DNA of 64,000 bases from an uncultured Nitrospiraceae bacterium (GTDB taxonomy: Bacteria > Nitrospirota > Nitrospiria > Nitrospirales > Nitrospiraceae), in contig CAWJWJ010000001.1 of the NCBI GenBank assembly GCA_963846575.1, positions 1,152,001 to 1,216,000 of the forward strand. The letters are read 5' to 3'. The notes under the pieces were generated by a model that saw only the letters and a program-made list of their open reading frames with translations, was not told where the DNA came from and did not search any database. Position numbers and translations under genes: made by a program. This document shows positions 49,548-59,559 of the stretch, piece by piece (the first letter of the stretch is position 1; every line of letters starts with the position of its first letter).

Positions 49548-50731
49548 ATGGAGAATGTGCTCGGGGCGAGATCGTGGCAGTCGAAGCAGTCCGTAACGGG
49601 GTGGGGGGCATCGCTCGTCCTGCATGTCTGCCTTGCGCTGGCCGCGTTGGTTCTCCTGCCGAAAATGGCTGTGGTAGTGGAGCAGCAGCCCTTCACCTGG
49701 GACGTGGCTTTGGTTGAAGCTCCGCACGAAGTGGTGCGCCCGGCGGAACCGGCTCCGGCGCCGGTGGTTCAGCCACCCGCCCCGAAACAGGCCAAGCGTC
49801 AGCCGGTCCGGGCGGTCGAGCCGCCGCCCCAGCCCGTCACGCGGCCGGTGCAAACCCGGGTCGCACCGCAGCCGGTGCAGCGGGAGGTGCAGGCGGTCGT
49901 CGAGACGCCCCGGCCCGTAGATGAGATTCAGTCGCCGCAGGAAGTCGTTCGCGTGCAGCCCAAGCAGCTCTCCGCGCAGGAGATTCAGAAAACCGAACCG
50001 CTGATGCAGGCGGAGACGCCAGCAGAGGTCAAGCGAGAGGTTGCGGCGGCGGTCGAGCAGGCGGTGGTGGAGTCGGCGCCTGTGGCGGCTCAGACCTATG
50101 AGACGCAACCGGTCGTCAGCGCTCAGAAGATTGTCGAGATGAGTTCCCAGCCGGGTAATGAATCCACTGTGTCCGCGATGGTGGAGACGACTCCCCAGCC
50201 GGTTGTCACTGAGAGAGCGCCGGTCGAACGAGCCGCACCGGTCGACGTGCCGGTGGTTGAACCGGTTCAGGCAAGTCCCCCCCGACCGTTGCCCGGTCGG
50301 TAGAGGCAGGCCCGACAGCCGCCCCTGAGCCGGTGCCGGCACCGCCTGCACCGACGGCCGAGCCGACCACGCAACCGGATCCGGCCACACAGCAGGAACA
50401 TCAGGTCGTGGCCAGCGTGGCACCGAAAGGCGGGCCCAAGGCGGATTACAAATGGCTGGCCGAATCGTTGCACCGACGCATCATTGAATTGCGGCATTAT
50501 CCCAGCACGGCACGCCTGAATGGCTGGGAGGGAAAAGTCGTGTTGAAGGTCTCGATCCGTCACGACGGGCAGCTCAAGGATGTTGAAGTGGTGAAAAGTT
50601 CAGGGCATGACTCGCTGGATCAAGCGGCGATGGAAGCCGTGCGGCGGGCCTGTCCCCTTCATATGAAACACGAATTGACGGCTCCGATGGTGGTGCTGCA
50701 CCTGCCGGTCAGTTATAGCTTGAATCGGTAG
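49548..50731 (+). CDS. tonB: TonB energy transducer, frameshifted in a C7 run at 50277-50283
   Basis: TM with SxxxH (ASLVLHV), Pro/Glu/Val-rich linker; second frame carries TonB_C (YPSTARLNGWEGKVVL...VVKSSGHDSLDQAAMEAV). One extra C joins the two frames. Confidence 0.85.
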
Positions 50732-50780
50732 TCCACCATGATCGGATAGGATCTCCTGAGTCCGTCACAGGGAGAGCGGT

Positions 50781-52061
50781 ATGCGGATGAAACATGCTGC
50801 GAGAGCTGCCTGTGGGATCCTGGCGCTGTGCCTGGTTGTGGCGAGCCCCTTCGAAAGGACGCAGGCCGAACCGGGGCTGCCGTACGAACTCGGCCAGAAG
50901 TTCGTCACCGACCACAAGGTAAAAAGCCTGGTGGGACCGTCGGTGAAGATCGACGAGCAAGGGTTTGTCTCATTGGCCTGGATGGAAGAAGAGAAGGACG
51001 TGCGATCGGTGCTGTACGCCCGCAGCACTTCGCCAGGCGGACCAATGGGATCGCCGGTTCCCATCAATCGCCCTGACGACGTGCCCTATTGGAGACAGGA
51101 AGCGCCGGCCTTGGCTCTGGAGGGGGATGAGATCTATGTGACGTGGGGATTGACGCATCCCAAGCTGACCCCGCAGCAGCCGCTTGCAACCGAGTTGCGC
51201 CTGAGCCGATCGACCGACGGCGGACGTTCGTTTCAGCCGTCGGTGCTCGTGAACGATGATCCGGGCGTCATTCAACATACCTTCGATGCCGTGCATCGCG
51301 ACCGCGAAGGGCGGTTGCACCTCTCCTGGATCGATGGACGCGACGGGAAGAAGGAGCCGGGGACCTATGTGGCCCGATCGCTGGATCGGGGGCGGACCGT
51401 CACGAAGAATCTCAAGGTGGATGAGGGCACCTGCGTCTGTTGCCGGACGGCGGTCACCAGCGGTCCTGACGGCATGGTCTATGTGGCATGGCGAAAAATT
51501 TACGACGGGAATGTCCGTGAAACCGTCGTGGCGCGTTCCACCGATCACGGCGAGACGTTCGAGGCGCCCGTCATCGTCGGACAGGATCACTGGGTTTTTC
51601 CGGCCTGCCCGCATCGACCGGCCTCCATGGGAGTGGATCGAGAGGGGCGGTTGTATGTGGTCTGGTACACCGAAGGCACCGATGAAATTCCCGCCGTTTA
51701 CATGGCCTTTTCCGACGATCGCGGGCGCACCTTTTCGACCAAGCGAAAACTGAACCGTGCCGCCAACACCTTTCCCGACCATCCGCAGATTGCGGTCGAC
51801 CCGCAGGGACGGCTGGTCGTGGTCTGGGAGGAGCAGGCGCCGGTCAAGCGAGATGTGGTGATGAGTGTCTCAATCGATCGGGGAGCCACGTTTACCGCGC
51901 CGCAGAAAGTAAACGAGAAAAAAAGTCAGACCCCTGTGGTCGCGGTCAATGCCGAGGGGCTCTTCGCACTGGCCTGGATGGAACATGGCATGCCCGGTCA
52001 CAAGATCGTGACGCAGACGCTGAGGATGCCGTTTGCCGACCTGGCGACGGGATCGAAATAG
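50781..52061 (+). CDS. Second exported BNR/Asp-box beta-propeller protein with CVCC and CPHRP motifs
   Basis: Signal peptide; Asp-boxes STDGGRSF, STDHGETF, SDDRGRTF; clear paralog of 47733-49004. Confidence 0.85.
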   Translation: MRMKHAARAACGILALCLVVASPFERTQAEPGLPYELGQKFVTDHKVKSLVGPSVKIDEQGFVSLAWMEEEKDVRSVLYARSTSPGGPMGSPVPINRPDDVPYWRQEAPALALEGDEIYVTWGLTHPKLTPQQPLATELRLSRSTDGGRSFQPSVLVNDDPGVIQHTFDAVHRDREGRLHLSWIDGRDGKKEPGTYVARSLDRGRTVTKNLKVDEGTCVCCRTAVTSGPDGMVYVAWRKIYDGNVRETVVARSTDHGETFEAPVIVGQDHWVFPACPHRPASMGVDREGRLYVVWYTEGTDEIPAVYMAFSDDRGRTFSTKRKLNRAANTFPDHPQIAVDPQGRLVVVWEEQAPVKRDVVMSVSIDRGATFTAPQKVNEKKSQTPVVAVNAEGLFALAWMEHGMPGHKIVTQTLRMPFADLATGSK

Positions 52062-52080
52062 CGGGCTCGATAGGGGACTC

Positions 52081-52611
52081 ATGACGTTCACCCTCAAAAG
52101 CGGACTTGTCCTGTCGGCTGCGCTCTGGCTGGCGGCAAGCGTCGCCTGGGCAGACGATCGACTGGCGGCGATGAAAATGTCGCGGGTGCCACAGGGGACC
52201 GTCGCCGTTCCGTTCGAGTTGAGGAGTCTGGACGGGCAGTCCATCCAACTCGCGGATCTGAAGGGGAAGGTCGTCCTGGTAAATTTCTGGGCCACCTGGT
52301 GCGGGCCCTGCAAGGAAGAAATGCCGGCTTTCGAACGGCTTCGGCAGAAGCTGGATCCCGAGCGGTTTGCCCTGCTCACGATCACGACCGATCTGCAGCA
52401 GGATGGCATCAGACATTTTCTGGCGAATCTGCAGGTGCAGCTTCCGGTCCTGTTCGACGAACAGCAGGACGTGTCACAGGCCTATCTAGTGCGTGCATTA
52501 CCGACCACGGTGCTCATAGATCGACAGGGGGTGCTGGTGGGCCGAGCAGTCGGACCGCGTGAGTGGGACGCTCCGCAGGCCGTTCAGTTGCTGCAGGGTT
52601 TCATGCAATGA
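52081..52611 (+). CDS. Exported TlpA/ResA-family thiol-disulfide oxidoreductase
   Basis: LVNFWATWCGPCKEEMP, LPTTVLIDRQG; signal peptide. Confidence 0.92.
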   Translation: MTFTLKSGLVLSAALWLAASVAWADDRLAAMKMSRVPQGTVAVPFELRSLDGQSIQLADLKGKVVLVNFWATWCGPCKEEMPAFERLRQKLDPERFALLTITTDLQQDGIRHFLANLQVQLPVLFDEQQDVSQAYLVRALPTTVLIDRQGVLVGRAVGPREWDAPQAVQLLQGFMQ

Positions 52612-52928
52612 GTGACGGAAGAAAACCCTTCATCGGTCTGGCGGCCTTGCTGGCCGGGTCCTATCTGATCCTGTCCGTGTTGTCGTTGGCCTGCTCGGTC
52701 GAACATCTCCAATCGCAGACATCAGCTCATCACCATGGTGGGACCCTGTCCCATTCCGGTTTCTGTGCCTGGGCCTGTCAGGTCAATCCTACGTCTGATG
52801 CCGGGCCTTCCGCCCTGGTGCTCCACCCGCTGTCGATGGTCGCGCTCTTCGTCGAGACCAGCCACACGATTTTGACAGGCGGCACAGGATATCGTGCTGC
52901 CTCACGTGCGCCCCCCGTTCAGTCCTAA
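52608..52928 (+). CDS. DUF2946/CruR/CutF-like leader protein 2 (His-rich, CAWAC, C-terminal RAPP)
   Basis: ATGA overlap with the tlpA-like stop; hydrophobic segment, SAHHHGGTLSH, FCAWAC, SRAPPVQS*. Confidence 0.8.
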   Translation: MSDGRKPFIGLAALLAGSYLILSVLSLACSVEHLQSQTSAHHHGGTLSHSGFCAWACQVNPTSDAGPSALVLHPLSMVALFVETSHTILTGGTGYRAASRAPPVQS

Positions 52929-53036
52929 TTCCATTCCATATTGCTAGGCGGGCCGGCTCCTTTTCTTGCCTTGGGCACAGGGACGAGAAGGGCCGGTTCT
53001 TGTGGTCGTGTGTCCGGTTTTGCCAGGAGGATGTGT

Positions 53037-55364
53037 ATGCGGCTTCGTCATGATCTTTTTCCAATTCAAAAAATGGTGTGTTGCTGGGCGATCGTAATGG
53101 GGCTGACCAGCGCCGGGTCCCTCGCGCGTGCGCAAGAGGAGTCTCCCGCCGGTTCGGTCGTGGAACAAGGCGGGCGGGAGCGTGAATTGCGGGACCAGTT
53201 GCAAAGGATCCTGCGGGAACTGGATGAGTTGCATCAGCCGCAGCCGGGAGGTGCCGCGGTCGTGTCTCCTCAACCGGAAGTCGTACAGGAGACGCCGGAG
53301 GGGCAGGCTCCGGTGCCCGTCCCGCATTACGAACTGTCGGACGTCAGCATCGTCAGTGAACGGATCCAGCGGCGTCCCGAAGGGATCACCCTGTCCGCCA
53401 CGGACCCGTCCGAAACCGAGTCCCAGCCAACCAGGACGCTCAAGGAATCCATGGAGTCGTTGCCCGGCGTCGTGCTCAGGCAGGCCAATGGCCCGCGAGA
53501 CTTCAGTATCTCCATTCGCGGGTCGGGGGTGAAAACGACATTCGCCGTGCGGGATATCAAGATGTACGAGGACGGGTTCATTCAGACCCAGTCCGACGGC
53601 TTGTCGCGGCTGGACATCCATGATCCCTGGTTCATGCGCACGGTGGAGGTCCTTCGAGGCGCATCATCCTCGCTCTACGACAACTACGCCCTCGGGGGCA
53701 TGGTCCATTTTCGCACCCGCCGCGGCAGTGACATCAACGGCTTCGAGTCGTTCTTCAACGGCGGATCGTACGGTTATCAGAAATATGCCTTTGCCGTAGG
53801 CCGGCAGTACAGCAACGTCGATGTGTCGCTCTTCGGGAGCCACGTTGTGGAGGACGGATTCATCCGCAATAGCAACTACAGCACGCAAACGATGAATTTT
53901 AACTTCCGGGTCAAGGTGGACGACAAGCAGAACCTCTATTTCAAGGCGATCACCAACTGGCTCGATAGCCGCGTGCCGACGCGTCTGACCATCAATCAAT
54001 TCAATTCCGATCCCCGGCAGGCCGGCGGCATCAGCAACGCGACGAATGCCGTCTTGCTGGCGCAGCGCCGACTGGACCGGCGCAACATCATCGGCGGAAT
54101 GTACGAGCGCCAGATCGATGCCAATACCGTCCTCACGATGGAAGCCGACTACGACGTGAAGGACATCAACCAGACCTTCACGCAGATCACCGACAACGTC
54201 AATCCGAACTACAAACATTACACCGATTTACGGCACGACGGGCGGCTGTTCGACATGCCGTTACGGAGTTATGTCGGCTTCTTCGTCAACCAGATGGAGC
54301 AGGAAGGGAACACCTTCAATAATCTGCAGGACTTCTTCGGCACGCGCGGGACCCTGGCGCAGAACAACCGTGGGACGATCAGAAACATCGGCGGGCGCTT
54401 CAGGGAGGAATTGGAATTCGTGCCCAAGTGGACCCTCGCCGCGGGCCTTGGTTTTGAGCAATCGCAACTGAGCGTGCAGACGATCAGCTACTCGGCCGGG
54501 GCCGTCAACGGCAGGGCGAATGCCGACCGGAGCTTCTCCAACTGGGCGCCGGAAGTGTCCATCACCTGGAAGCCGGCCGAAGGCTATCGGTATTGGACCC
54601 GCGCGTCAACCGGCTATGCAATCCCCGGGTTCAGCAACCTGCTGACCAATCCCTTTACCGGGCTGGCCGGCACGAACTTCGACCTGAAACCGCAAAAGAA
54701 CCTGAACGTGGAACTTGGTACGGAATCGCGCCTGCATAAGACGCTGACGGTCCAATTAGTGGGATTCGTCACCTTCGTGAAGGATGAAATCATCAGCCAA
54801 GTGGTCTCGAACACCGGTGGCACCGCCGCCATCAATGCCGATTCCTCGCAATACCGCGGAGTCGAGCTGTTTTATGACTGGCGGCCCCTGGACGGGCTGC
54901 GCCTGTCCGGCGCCTACACCCACATCGACGCCCGCTACATCAATTTCAGCGACAAGTTTCTGTCGGGGGGCGTGCCGACGGCCTTCGTGCGGGACGGCAA
55001 GATGGTGCCGAACGTGCCGACCGACGTGCTCAATTTCAAGGAAGCCTACGACCATGCCGGGAGCGGCTGGGGCGGGTGGGTGGAAACCAATTATATGAAC
55101 AGCTACTTCCTCAACAACAACAACACCGTGGGCATCCCCGCCTATTGGATCGTCAACGTCAATGTGCACAAGAACGTGGAGTTCCCGAACAACCGGTGGA
55201 TCCGGTTTGCCAAGTTCTTCGCCGAGTTGGACAACATCGCCGACAAGAAGTACGCGGCGTCGGGCAACGTGGTTGCGGACAGCACCGCCGATGCGAACAA
55301 GACCCTGTTCTTTGCCGGTTACGGGCGCGCCTTCTATGCCGGTGTGACATTGGGACTGTTTTAA
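53037..55364 (+). CDS. TonB-dependent receptor 1
   Basis: Plug (LPGV...ISIRGSG, VEVLRGASSSLY), beta-barrel, DNIADKKY, C-terminal Phe; SD AGGAGG before ATG 53037. Confidence 0.93.
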   Translation: MRLRHDLFPIQKMVCCWAIVMGLTSAGSLARAQEESPAGSVVEQGGRERELRDQLQRILRELDELHQPQPGGAAVVSPQPEVVQETPEGQAPVPVPHYELSDVSIVSERIQRRPEGITLSATDPSETESQPTRTLKESMESLPGVVLRQANGPRDFSISIRGSGVKTTFAVRDIKMYEDGFIQTQSDGLSRLDIHDPWFMRTVEVLRGASSSLYDNYALGGMVHFRTRRGSDINGFESFFNGGSYGYQKYAFAVGRQYSNVDVSLFGSHVVEDGFIRNSNYSTQTMNFNFRVKVDDKQNLYFKAITNWLDSRVPTRLTINQFNSDPRQAGGISNATNAVLLAQRRLDRRNIIGGMYERQIDANTVLTMEADYDVKDINQTFTQITDNVNPNYKHYTDLRHDGRLFDMPLRSYVGFFVNQMEQEGNTFNNLQDFFGTRGTLAQNNRGTIRNIGGRFREELEFVPKWTLAAGLGFEQSQLSVQTISYSAGAVNGRANADRSFSNWAPEVSITWKPAEGYRYWTRASTGYAIPGFSNLLTNPFTGLAGTNFDLKPQKNLNVELGTESRLHKTLTVQLVGFVTFVKDEIISQVVSNTGGTAAINADSSQYRGVELFYDWRPLDGLRLSGAYTHIDARYINFSDKFLSGGVPTAFVRDGKMVPNVPTDVLNFKEAYDHAGSGWGGWVETNYMNSYFLNNNNTVGIPAYWIVNVNVHKNVEFPNNRWIRFAKFFAELDNIADKKYAASGNVVADSTADANKTLFFAGYGRAFYAGVTLGLF

Positions 55365-55429
55365 CCTCAGTGCGCGCGCGGCACTCCATCTGCGAGCCGG
55401 GCGCACATGTACTCAAGGAGGAGATGGCC

Positions 55430-55624
55430 ATGAACAAACAGCTCTTGCGGGTGGGAGAAGCGGCGGATGTGTTGGCCGTGAGCCGGTGGACGATCTATCG
55501 ATGGGTTGAAGAAGGACGGCTGGAAGGAACCAAGATCGGGCGCGGCAGCTTGCGGGTGTTCCGGGCCTCGCTGGAGAAATTGGTGCAGAACAACAGAACT
55601 CAGGAATTGAAACTCACGACGTGA
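55430..55624 (+). CDS. Small excisionase-like helix-turn-helix (HTH_17/MerR-type) DNA-binding protein
   Basis: LLRVGEAADVLAVSRWTIYRWVEEGRLEGTKIG; SD AAGGAGGAG. Confidence 0.85.
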   Translation: MNKQLLRVGEAADVLAVSRWTIYRWVEEGRLEGTKIGRGSLRVFRASLEKLVQNNRTQELKLTT

Positions 55625-57045
55625 CCGTGGTGCGGCAAAGGGAAATGATGAGACTCGTCGTAATTCTATGGGCCCTGGTTTTGTCCGGTTGTGCCGGCAG
55701 CCAGGGTGCCGGTCTGCATGGTGCGGAGCCGGACTCGCGCGCTGCGCAGCACGCGTTCGTCAACGGGCGTTGGTTTGACGGCAATGAGTTTCAAGCCGCC
55801 ACCTGGTATGCGGTTCAGGGGCGTCTGACCCGCCAGCGGCCCGATGGCCCGGTGGGAACGGTTGACCTCTCCGGTCGATTTATCGTGCCCCCGTTCGGCG
55901 AGGCCCACAATCACAATGTCGAGGGCACGTGGAATGTGGACACCGTCGCGGAACGATATCTCCACGACGGAGTCTTCTACGTGAAAAATCCGAACAACGT
56001 ACGGGAATTCGCCCTGCAGGTCCGGGGTCGCGTCAATGTGCCGGGAGGCATTGACGCGACCTTCGCCCATGCCGGCCTCACAGGGAAGGACGGGCATCCC
56101 ATCGCGTTGTACGAAGATGTTCTGCGGGTGAGCCGCTATAGAGACGTCATCGGGCCGGGGTCCCGGGGATGGTTTGAAAATCGGGCCTATATCATCGTCG
56201 AGACCGACGCCGACGTGGACGAGAAATGGGCGTTGATCACAAGCGGTCAGCCGGACTTTCTCAAGGTGTACCTGGTTCGTTCCGAGGACGACGAAGCACA
56301 TCGGCTCCCTGAGGGGTCGCCCGCCCGCAGGGGTCTGCATCCGCGCCTCGTGCCGCACATTGTCGGCAAAGCCCATGCGGCCGGTTTGCAGGTCACAGCG
56401 CATGTCGAAACGGCTGCCGACTTCCGCTCCGCGGTTCAGTCCGGCGTCGATGAAATTGCCCATGTGCCCGGATGGCTGGTGAAGAGCGCGGGTGATGTGG
56501 CACGCGCCCGTTTGACCGAAGCCGATGCCAGGTCGGCTCGCGAACGGAACGTCCGGGTGGTGACCACGACCGTGGCGGGACATGCGATGCCGACCGCCGA
56601 TGCCCGACATTCCGATTCGCAGCATGAGGCGCCTGCGCCGCAGCATTCCGGACATGCTGAGCCGGCGCTGGACGAGTCGGCTGGAACAGTGCTGAAGGAC
56701 AATCTTTCGCTGTTGCACCGAAGTGGGGTGCGGTTGGCGGTCGGGAGTGACCATGCGGACACGTCGCTGGCCGAGGCCCTGCACCTGCATTCGTTCGGGA
56801 TTTTCGACAACCGCACGTTGCTGAAGATGTGGTGCGAGAGCACCCCCGCCGCCATTTTTCCAGGGCGAAAGATCGGGCGGTTCGAGGAAGGGTACGAAGC
56901 CAGTTTTCTGGCGCTTGCCGGTAATCCCCTCGATGATTTTAGCCAGGTGCGGAGCATCACGCATCGCGTGAAGCAGGGTCGGGTGCTGGACGGGCATTTC
57001 GCTTCTGCCGGAGACGCTGTTACACCCGCACCGCACGCGCACTAA
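55621..57045 (+). CDS. Amidohydrolase-superfamily lipoprotein
   Basis: Lipobox VLSG-C (start may be 55645); PPFGEAHNH, LKVY, VTAH, EIAH, GSD, GRFEEGYEASFLAL.GNPL. Confidence 0.85.
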   Translation: MTVVRQREMMRLVVILWALVLSGCAGSQGAGLHGAEPDSRAAQHAFVNGRWFDGNEFQAATWYAVQGRLTRQRPDGPVGTVDLSGRFIVPPFGEAHNHNVEGTWNVDTVAERYLHDGVFYVKNPNNVREFALQVRGRVNVPGGIDATFAHAGLTGKDGHPIALYEDVLRVSRYRDVIGPGSRGWFENRAYIIVETDADVDEKWALITSGQPDFLKVYLVRSEDDEAHRLPEGSPARRGLHPRLVPHIVGKAHAAGLQVTAHVETAADFRSAVQSGVDEIAHVPGWLVKSAGDVARARLTEADARSARERNVRVVTTTVAGHAMPTADARHSDSQHEAPAPQHSGHAEPALDESAGTVLKDNLSLLHRSGVRLAVGSDHADTSLAEALHLHSFGIFDNRTLLKMWCESTPAAIFPGRKIGRFEEGYEASFLALAGNPLDDFSQVRSITHRVKQGRVLDGHFASAGDAVTPAPHAH

Positions 57046-57104
57046 TACGGAATGTATCTCACGATCCTTTTTGACACCATGCATGTGGGCTCAAGGAGAA
57101 CACG

Positions 57105-59366
57105 ATGAAACGTTTACAGCATTGGGGAAGTATCTCGGTCTGCTGGGGGCTGATGTTGGTATGTGCGATGGACCTCTCTGCCTCCGTGGTCTTCGCGGTG
57201 GAGGAACCGTTAGAGCAGGACTCTCCCGTCGTCCTTGTGGAGCCGGTCGAGGTGCAGGGAAAACGGATCGAAAACATCGGGGACGTGAAAAAGGAACTGG
57301 CAAGGCGGCCGGGCAGCAACATCCTGATCGAAGAGAAACAAATTGCCGAGACGACAACCGTGAACCTTCAAGAAGTCTTGCAGTTCGCGCCCGGCGTGCG
57401 GTTCCAGTCCCGGTTCGGCGCGGATGAAGGCCAATTCCAGATCCGCGGCACCTCGTTACGCAATAATTTCCATCATCGCGGCATCAACATTCTGATCAAC
57501 GGGATCTTCTTCGGCGATGCCGACGGGTTTTCCGATTTCGAATCGATCGACCTCATGGCCTACGAACGTATCGAAATCTACAAGGGGGCGAACGCGTTGC
57601 GTTATGGCGCGAACAGCATCGGCGGGGCAATCAATTTCGTGCCGCGGACCGGCTATAGTGCCTCGACCCTGCAGATGCGGATGCTCGGCGGGAGCTTCGG
57701 CCTGGTCAGCGGCCAGGTCTCCAGCGGAAAAGTCCTGGAACCGTTCAAGGTCGGCAGCATGAGCGCGACGATGGACTACTACATCAGCGTGTCCGGCAAC
57801 CGGCAGGACGGGTATCAAGATAATAGCCAACAGGCTCGCGAGCGCGTCAACGCCAATATCGGCATTCAACTCGGTAACCATCAGGAGATCAGGGCCTATT
57901 TCCTTCAGGCGAACGTCGCCGAACGGATCCCCGGTTCCTTGACCAACGCGCAGCTGTTTCAGAACCCGCAGCAGGTAGGGGGACAAAGCCCTCCCGGCAC
58001 CCCTCCGTTCTTTGCCTGCAACCTGAACAACCAAGTCTGTAAATACGGACGCTACTATAACCTGCAGCGGATCGGCATCGCCTACCACAACGAGTTCGCG
58101 CCCAACCAATACTTCGAGATCATTCCCTACTTCTCGAATCAGTATGTGGACCATCCGATTTTTCAGACCATCAGGCAGGAGAACAACAATGTCGGCGGCG
58201 AGTTCCGGTATGTGAATTCCAATACCCTGTTCGGAAAGAACAACTCCTTCGTAATGGGATTTCAGCCACGCTACGGCCATCAACGTCAGCAGCGGTTCGT
58301 GAACAACAACGGAAACATCGGGGCCCTGACGCAAAACTACACGGCCAAGACGACGTATTTCGGGGCCTACGCCGAAGACGCGTTCGATGCCACGAAGGAT
58401 TTCACCATCGTGCTCGGCGGCCGCTGGGACTATACGGGACGCCAGGCGACGGTGGACAATTTCGGACCGGCCGGCAGTCCGTTCAATCCCACCACGCCGT
58501 CGACGCTGACCGGCACGAACCGGCCGCTGCAACATTTCGATGCGATCAATCCGAAAATCGGCTTTGTGTATCGCACCACCACGACCTCGCAGTTGTACTT
58601 TAATGCCAGCCGGGCCTATGAAGCGCCGCTTAATCTGGAGCTGCTCTCGTCGGTGAATGCGAACGGCACGCCGAACACAGGGTTCCTGAATCTGGACGCC
58701 CAGCGGGCCTGGCAGTTGGAGTTGGGCCACCGGGGGACCTCGGCCGACCGGCGCTACAACTGGGACGTCACGGTTTACAACCTCGAGATGCAGAAAGAGA
58801 TCCTGGCGTCGATCATCAACAACCAGGGCACATTCCAAAATGCCAATGGGACGCGCCATACCGGGGTCGAGGCCGGCGGCGGCATGGTTGTGAAGAAGGG
58901 CCTGTTCGCGCAGGGCGGGGCAGGACGGGAAGACAGCCTGCAAACGCGCGTGGCCTATACCTGGTCGCGTTTCAAGTTCACCGATGATGTGCGGGCCGGC
59001 GGAGTTGCGGGGCCGAATGTGCTGATTGCCAAAGATGGCAATACCGTCGCCGGTGCGCCGGAGCATAGTCTGAACATGGAAGTTCGATACGATCACCCGG
59101 GCGGGTGGTGGGTCGCGCCGAATATTGAGTGGTCGCCGTCCGGATTTTATACGAACTATCAGAACACGGTCAAAAATCCGTCCTATGCGCTCGTCAATTT
59201 GCGGTCGGGATGGTACATCGACGAGCATTGGACGCTCTTTGCCGAGGGACGCAATTTGACGAACAAGACCTATGCAGGCGCGGTGGTGGTCAACGATCAA
59301 TTCAATCGTTTTGCCAACCCGGGATTGGGCATCAGCGCCTTCGGCGGCGTGGAGTACAAGTTCTAA
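57105..59366 (+). CDS. TonB-dependent receptor 2
   Basis: TonB-box-like EPVEVQG, APGV, IRG, IEIYKGANALRYG..SIGGAINF, RNLTNKTY, C-terminal EYKF. Confidence 0.95.
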   Translation: MKRLQHWGSISVCWGLMLVCAMDLSASVVFAVEEPLEQDSPVVLVEPVEVQGKRIENIGDVKKELARRPGSNILIEEKQIAETTTVNLQEVLQFAPGVRFQSRFGADEGQFQIRGTSLRNNFHHRGINILINGIFFGDADGFSDFESIDLMAYERIEIYKGANALRYGANSIGGAINFVPRTGYSASTLQMRMLGGSFGLVSGQVSSGKVLEPFKVGSMSATMDYYISVSGNRQDGYQDNSQQARERVNANIGIQLGNHQEIRAYFLQANVAERIPGSLTNAQLFQNPQQVGGQSPPGTPPFFACNLNNQVCKYGRYYNLQRIGIAYHNEFAPNQYFEIIPYFSNQYVDHPIFQTIRQENNNVGGEFRYVNSNTLFGKNNSFVMGFQPRYGHQRQQRFVNNNGNIGALTQNYTAKTTYFGAYAEDAFDATKDFTIVLGGRWDYTGRQATVDNFGPAGSPFNPTTPSTLTGTNRPLQHFDAINPKIGFVYRTTTTSQLYFNASRAYEAPLNLELLSSVNANGTPNTGFLNLDAQRAWQLELGHRGTSADRRYNWDVTVYNLEMQKEILASIINNQGTFQNANGTRHTGVEAGGGMVVKKGLFAQGGAGREDSLQTRVAYTWSRFKFTDDVRAGGVAGPNVLIAKDGNTVAGAPEHSLNMEVRYDHPGGWWVAPNIEWSPSGFYTNYQNTVKNPSYALVNLRSGWYIDEHWTLFAEGRNLTNKTYAGAVVVNDQFNRFANPGLGISAFGGVEYKF

Positions 59367-59559
59367 CCGTCGGCTACGATTTCTATTGAGGACTCCCTCT
59401 GGGTCGGGCGCGTCCGATGGGCCGGGCCCGGGCTGCGCCTTGATTGGCGAGCCGGCTCGAGAGTGGGCGATCGCCGATTCAACATGTGATAAGTTATTTG
59501 GGTGCGGCAGCCTTCGATGGGGCCGCCCCGGTCACTTCGGGAACCAACCGCATCGGCTC

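Noticed and set aside
55430..55624. Excisionase as evidence of a prophage or integrative element
   Set aside because: No integrase, phage genes, att-like repeats or tRNA seen; the gene is embedded in a co-oriented transport operon.
57456..59300. Long antisense ORFs (614 aa here; also 55666-57084, 43213-44361, 39765-40871, 28446-29495 and others)
   Set aside because: Shadow frames opposite well-supported genes in GC-rich DNA; no recognisable motifs.
59272..59559. N-terminal extension of the S9-like ORF overlapping TBDR2
   Set aside because: The signal peptide begins at Met 59560; the upstream in-frame sequence is not protein-like.
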